The notes beneath the pieces are model-generated. The model was not told the DNA's origin. It saw only the letters and a list, made by a program, of their open reading frames with translations, and did no database searches. A program made the position numbers and the translations under genes. A stretch of 63,533 nt of DNA, the filler included, from Sphacelaria rigidula (taxonomy: Eukaryota), in NCBI GenBank assembly GCA_964200075.2. It is 10 parts of 10 records of this genome, joined end to end, with 100 filler letters (N's around TTAATTAATTAA, not from the genome) between each part and the next. Parts side by side here need not be neighbours in the genome. Positions count along the whole stretch, not along the records: positions 57,271 to 63,533 come from CAXNAA020021147.1; 9 more parts are not named here. One strand, 5' to 3'. The number at the start of each line of letters is the position of its first letter. Position 1 is the first letter of the stretch. Positions 57,770-63,533 of the stretch are shown here, piece after piece.

Positions 57770-59110
57770 ATGGCTACCAGCTCACGAGGTACGTCCACCG
57801 TGACACCCGTGGTCATGCGGGAAGAATTGCGACCTCCCCAATACGGGGACAGGTACTCAGAGAGTGCATCTCGCACTTTTTACACGAGGTATTTGGAATA
57901 CAAGAAGCATGTTGAGCACGCTAATGCAGGGGGTGCCGTGCGGCATCAGGTGGTGACAATGGCTCAACAAAGGCCAACTCATGTACAGAGAGTGTTCGCT
58001 CGTTTGGAACATAATGAGAGCACTGTCACCTCGTCGCACTTGGTTGCGGCGATCAAAAAGCATGCTGGGCATGCGGCGGGCGCCGAGGTACATCTGACCC
58101 AAGCGTCCGCGGCCGTGGCGAAAGCTGTCGCAATGGATTCTCGGGGGAAAACAATGTTGGAGCGGGTGGAGTCCATCCTGTCCAATTCGGAGGAGTACTC
58201 CACGGAAAATCCGAATCTGGAAGTAGTATATCGTTCCCCTGATGGTGAATTCATTCCCGGCCCGGCTGCAGTAATCACTAAGGCTTTGGTGGAGGGGTTG
58301 GCATCGGAAAAATTTGAGCTAGTTGTGCTTATCAAGCCGCAGCACCAAACAGACTGAAAGGCCGACCCGCACATGGTGATGAGCACCGTCGTGGCCGAGG
58401 CCAAGGAGTGGCGGAAAATAGAGATATTCGGCCAGTCGTTCACCCCCTCGCCGAAATCTTTGCGCAATTATGGCTCGAAATCGGCCGGTCGCGCCGCGAG
58501 TATTACTTGCCACCGCTGTGGCCAGGTCGACCATTACGCGCGCGATTGCCCAACGTTTTCCGGTGGAGAGTCTGGGCAGTCACGTGCCGCGCGCCATCAG
58601 CATCGTCAGCACAAGAGCAAAATACGAGGTAATCGTGGTGACGGCGGCAAATCCTCCGGCGGGGGCGGATCCTCCGGCGATTGAGGATCGCAGGCGAGCC
58701 CTCCGCAGCAGCCGCAGCAGCAGCAGAATCAGCAGCAGCAGGGGCAGCGGCGTCAGCATGGGCCTGGCTCTGGGTCCGGCGCCGCAGTAGGTGCTGTTGC
58801 TCAGCAGCGGGCGGTGCAGGTGAGCCCGACTTATACCGTGTCGAACACTACGCCGTCGCCGGTGGTGGCGCCGGCGTCGACACCGGCAGCAGCGCCAGGC
58901 GCAACACCTGTTGATGCGCTGGTGGGAGGGTCGCCAAATTCTTGGTTTGCTGGCTGGGGGACGTACCCGCCGGCGGTGCTGTTTGAACCTGCCGGGGCAT
59001 CTTTGCCTGCGCCGCTTGCGCAGACGTGGCGTCAAGTGGGATTAGTGGCGCATAGGTCAGCGGAAGAGGTTCCCGTGGAGCTTGCCGAAAGATACATTCC
59101 GGCGGAGTGA
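57770..59110 (+). pseudogene. gag: Gypsy gag (disrupted)
   Basis: One frame broken by in-frame TGA at 58355-58357 and 58682-58684; zinc knuckle CHRCGQVDHYARDC. Confidence 0.88.
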
Positions 59111-62100
59111 TGTCTTCCGAATCAACGGCAGCGTGGAGCCATTGTGGTTTGGTCTGTGTTGGATTCTTGCACCCATTTCACTATTCTGCCGGTGCAGATG
59201 GTTGAGACGCTGGAGCGGCAACTCCCGGGTGTGCCGCTGCGCATCCCGTTTTCGCTCGGGGCGCGGCAGGCAGTCACCGCGTCGGGTCAGCATGTTTCAG
59301 TCACGGAGCATACTGTTCCGTAGCAGCTAGCCTTCAGGACTGCTTGGGGGCTGGCGCCGTTGCCTCCGATCTCATTTGCGATTGTGCCAGGGTCGGATGG
59401 CGTTGTTCTTCTGGGGCTGCCGACGCTACAGGATCTAGGAGTCGACCCGTATGAACGATTGAAGGACTCCATCAAGACGCGGATGTCTCCGCCTGGTCCG
59501 CACGTGGAGACTCCCGCTTTTGAGGGCAGTGGTCGCGTGAGCTTGTCGATGGATGCTTTTCAGGAGGGTAGGGGGCAGGTGACCGAGGAGCGGGATGCGG
59601 CGGTGGAATGCTTAGTAGAGCGTGGCCCGGATATGTTCATGGACCCGGCGGAAGAGGAGTCCGCTCGGAATGGCGCGCTGGAGGAGAGCGTGACGGATGC
59701 TGTGGCGAAAGGCCTCAGCGTCCCCGAAGCGGAACGCCTGCGCGGCATCTTGCATCGCCGCGTCAACGCGTTTCGTCGTGTGATGCGGGGTGATCCCCCT
59801 GCGCGCGTGGAGCCCATGCGTGTCCAGCTGAACCTGGGGCATCCGCGGTGAAGGCGAAGCCGCGACGGTACGATCCTGTGAAGTCAAGTTGGTTGGCGTC
59901 GTGTATGGCGGCTTTTTTGGCGCTTGGGTTGGTAGTGCGGTACCTCCAGGCGGTATAGTTCAGCCCGGCGATGGCGGTTCCCAAGAAAGACCCGTTTCGC
60001 CTGGTTAGCGGCTACAAGGCCGTAAATGATCAGGTGGAGAAGTCGCCGGGTGTGATGCCCAATCAAGAGTCGGACATGCGTGATCTCTTGAGTGCTCGTT
60101 GTTTTGGCAAGTTGGACCTCCTGCAAGGTTATTGGCAGATTCCGTTGGCGGAGGAGGCGCAGGAGATTTTCCCAATCACGACGCCGTTAGCCTTGTTTAC
60201 CCTGAAGCGAGTATCGCAAGGCGTGTTGAACGTCACGGCATATTTTCAAGGTATCATGACAGACCTGCTTGTCGGCTTGAAATGCAAGATATGGGTGGAT
60301 GATGTATTTTTTTTTGCGGATACGGAAGACGAACTTTTAGACACGCTTGATGCTGTCTTGGTCCGTTTAGAAAATGTTGGTTTATTTGCAGCGGCGCACA
60401 AATGCACTTTCTTTGCTTGAACTCGTATGGTGTGGGAAAGTGTATTCACACGGACGCGTATCTCATGACCCCATCAGATTGCAAGGCTTGTCTGACATGC
60501 GGCGCCCGGAGACGGCCGCAGAACTCATGCAATTCTTGCAGGCCGTGAATTGGCTGTGTACCTCGTTGCCGCGTACGGCAGAAACCGTAGCTCCCTCGCG
60601 TTTTTTCCTCGAAGAACTCATGGCGGATGCTGCGAGGCGGACGAAGCGTGTTGTAAAAAACCGCGCGATTCCGTCTGCATCGTGGACGGAGGGTAGCTTG
60701 CAGGCGTGGGAGGCAGCGAAGGATCTGGTGGCTCACGCCGTGGCGCTGTTCCATCCTTGTCCTAATCGTCAGGTGCTAATGTTTCCGGATGCATCTGAGT
60801 GTCATTGGGGTAGTTTCGTCACGCAGGTGCCTAAAGCGGAAATGCAAAGACGCTTGCCAGTTGAGGACATGACGCATGAAGCGCTGGCTTTCCTCAGTGA
60901 TAATTTTATGGGTTCACAGTTGCGTTGGGTCACAATTGATAAGGAAGGTTTTGCTATCGTAAGCACTCTTCGTCGTTTGGAGCATCTGTTGTGGGATGGC
61001 GGGCACATCTTCACGGATCACCGGAATCTCGTGTATATCTTCAACCCGGAAGCGTGCGTTACGTCTGTGTCGAAAGTATTCGCACAACGTTTGGAGGGTT
61101 GGAAAGCTGTTCTTGGCCGGTACCGTTACTCGATTTGCCATATTTCGGGTGACCGTAACGCGTGGGGTGACTTTCTTTCGCGCTGGGTAAGTATTCCGGT
61201 TTTACCTGTGCGCGCTATGGCTGTAAATAGTCCGTGTGAACCTGATGACTCGATGCCGTCCAAATCTGTTGTCCGCCAAGCGCAACGAAAATACCTTGGG
61301 GCCGAAGATGCGGATGTGCAATCTTTCGAGTCGGACGTTGATACTGCTATCTTGGACAATGGAGGTGTGTTTCGTGTGCATTTGCGTGGCCGAAACGTTT
61401 TGTGGATTTCGAGTTCTGACAAGCAGTTGCAGGGACGTCTGATGATTTGCGCGCACATGCGCGACGCTGGGCATCGTGGTGTGGCTGCGACGCTCGTGCG
61501 TTTGCGAGAGTTTTGTGTCTGGCGGGGGATAGAAACTCATGTGCGCGAATTTGTCCGCCAGTGTCTTCTTCACTGTGCTGACTCGAGGGCGGGCGATGTT
61601 GTTCCCCGCCCGCTCGGCGAAACGGTCCATGGGACCACGCCGAATGAAGTCGTCCATTTTGACTTCTTGAACGTGGGCGAGAGTGGCCCGCTAGCTGTCC
61701 AAGCTTTGTCGGAGGATGCTGGGTTTCGATACATTTTGCTAACCATGAATGATTTGAGCGACGTTGTGGCTCTGGAACCAGTAGCAGTGTGCACTGCTGA
61801 ATCGACCGCTGCATCTTTGCTGAATTGGTGCAAAACTCTGGGGGTGCCGCGTGTGTGGGTGAGTGATACCGCCACGCATTTCAAGAATGCGATCTTGGCC
61901 CGATTGCGAGAGGCTGTGCGCGTTGATCACCAGTTTGCGATAGCGTATTCTCCGTGGTGTAACGGTACGTGCGAACGCATGGTCAAGGAAGTAGTTCGTG
62001 ATCTTCGCTCTATTCTTCTCGAGCAGCGGAGAGCGGTTTCCGAGTGGGTGGACGTGTTGCCGGCAGTGAAGTGGGAGCTAAATGCAGTGTATCGTCGTCG

Positions 62101-62812
62101 TTACGATAGTACGCCGTACCACGTGATGTTTGGTCGTGCCCCTCGGACGTCTTTCTCGGTGCTGGCGTCTTCGTTGGCGGGGGAATACAAGCGTGATGTT
62201 TTGGACGATGTTCAAATAAAGAGTGCATTGCAAGGAGTCTTGGACTTGCAAGAACGTTTCCACGTTCAAGTGCAGGAACGTGTTTCCACTGAACGTGCGC
62301 GTAGACGGGAGGGGTCCTCGTCGGGACTGGAATTGCCGAATTTTGAGGTAGGAGACTATGTCTTGTATGCACGCGTGCGTCGTTCGGGTGTTCCGCCCAA
62401 GTTGATGGCGACTTGGACTGGTCCATGGAAAGTGGTTGGTGCTCACAACCCGCACGTGTTCGAGATTCAAAACATTGTTTTCGGTCGTGTTCAGACTGCC
62501 CATGTAGCTCGTATGCATTTTTATGCAGACTCGCAGCTTAATGTTACGGCTGACGTTAAGGACATGTTCCAGCATGCTTTCAATCAGGGGCAATTTCAGA
62601 TGGCTGGTATTGTCCGAGTGGCAAAATCAGGCGATCGTCGGTTGATCGTGTTGGTCGACTGGGTTGGTTTCGAAGTTGAGGAGCGTACGTGGGAACATTT
62701 CAAGGATATTTTTGAGGCCGGTCCGGATTTCCTTAGGAAGGAGTTGCGTAAATTGCGCGTGACTCGTGCCGGTGCTGCTCGCATTTCGAATGAGTTTGGT
62801 ATTCAGTTGTGA
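59110..62812 (+). pseudogene. pol: Gypsy pol (protease, RT, RNase H, integrase, chromodomain), disrupted
   Basis: Protease-like LDSCTHFTIL (~59160). RT LDLLQGYWQ and KIWVDD (WVDD at 60292-60303). RNase H FPDAS...KEGFAI...TDHRNL. Integrase H-x4-H..C-x3-C with HFDF, VSDTATHF, NGTCER. Chromodomain LVDWVGFE..ERTWE. TAG at 59956, frameshifts near 59840 and 60415; last ~800 codons open. Confidence 0.93.
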
Positions 62813-62886
62813 CTTACTCATCGTTTTGGCGTTTTCTATGTTTCAAGCTTGTTGATCGATTTTCGTCCAACGCGCTTTGGGGGTGC

Positions 62887-63104
62887 TGTGACGAAATAAT
62901 GCCGTTACGTTGAGTTGGTAGTGATGATCTGGATGACCAGGGACACTAGGTTGATACCCTGGCGTGTCTAGGACGCTGTGTCTACGAGGGCACTCCTGAG
63001 TAATGAGAATGTTGTAAAGGCTGACAACTGAGACTGAGGCCAGTGGGACCGGGGAGTCCCTCAACAGCAGTGATTCAACAGTGCTTTCACTGGCTGGCGT
63101 CACA
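62887..63104 (+). repeat. 3' LTR (218 bp)
   Basis: TGTGACG...CGTCACA terminal inverted repeats, preceded by a short G-rich polypurine-tract-like run (62879-62883). Confidence 0.95.
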
Positions 63105-63533
63105 GTGCAGATCTGAGGTTCGATCTGTGCAAAACTGCTTCTCGATAAGACTCGAAACTTGGTGTGGTTGGGGCAATCCCCTTTGAAAAAGGTATGTTGA
63201 AAAAGGGGAATATCCCCTTCGATAAGAAGAGCCGTCACCCCAGCGAAGGCATACCGAGAAACGTCGGGCAAGGGCGGGATGCAAAGTGTATCCTAGGCAA
63301 AGTGTGCGTTGCCAGACCTCAATTCGGAGCCTGCGGCGCCGATTCTGATAAAACCGCGTTCTGTGCACGCTATTATAGGAGGGGCACAATCCCGACCGAA
63401 GGTCCGGATTTTTTCCAATGCCTACCAAGCAAGTGCTACTGCTGAAGGATAGATAACTAAGAGTGGATCCTCGAAAATGGGGTTCATACAAAAAATGAGG
63501 TTGAAGTGGCATTTCTCTTTTGCAGGGAAGACG

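Larger units (their letters stand above)
57307..63104 (+). mobile_element. Ty3/Gypsy LTR retrotransposon with chromodomain, near full-length, inactivated
   Basis: Two LTRs, gag with CCHC knuckle, and pol order PR-RT-RH-IN-chromodomain; several premature stops and frameshifts. Confidence 0.96.

Overview
Eukaryotic, intron-rich DNA, most likely from a brown alga (Phaeophyceae) or close stramenopile relative. That assignment is an inference from the EsV-1-7 repeat gene, a heterokont-type plastid presequence and a WVDD-type Gypsy element. The window is not one locus. It holds 10 contigs of 6263-6264 bp joined by artificial 100-nt N-TTAATTAATTAA-N linkers, so adjacency across linkers has no biological meaning. 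Protein-coding content: (1) a terminal exon of an HBS1-like GTPase; (2) an uninterrupted 3.5-kb ORF with 25 tandem C-x4-C-x16-C-x2-H EsV-1-7-type repeats; (3) a large CLN3/battenin exon; (4) a spliced DOT1-like methyltransferase with an N-myristoylation motif, head-to-head with a probable plastid-targeted photolyase first exon; (5) a spliced coiled-coil gene; (6) a complete two-exon 114-aa double-WW protein whose intron holds a near-perfect hairpin; (7) PTEN-like exons. Mobile and repeat content: a decayed LINE, a near-complete chromodomain-bearing Ty3/Gypsy element, and many MITE/foldback, SINE-like and tandem repeats. The most interesting item is the EsV-1-7 array, whose near-identical modules vary mostly at a few fixed positions and are shuffled in blocks, suggesting a modular, possibly TALE-like recognition code. 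All family assignments come from motif recognition by eye; no database search was run.
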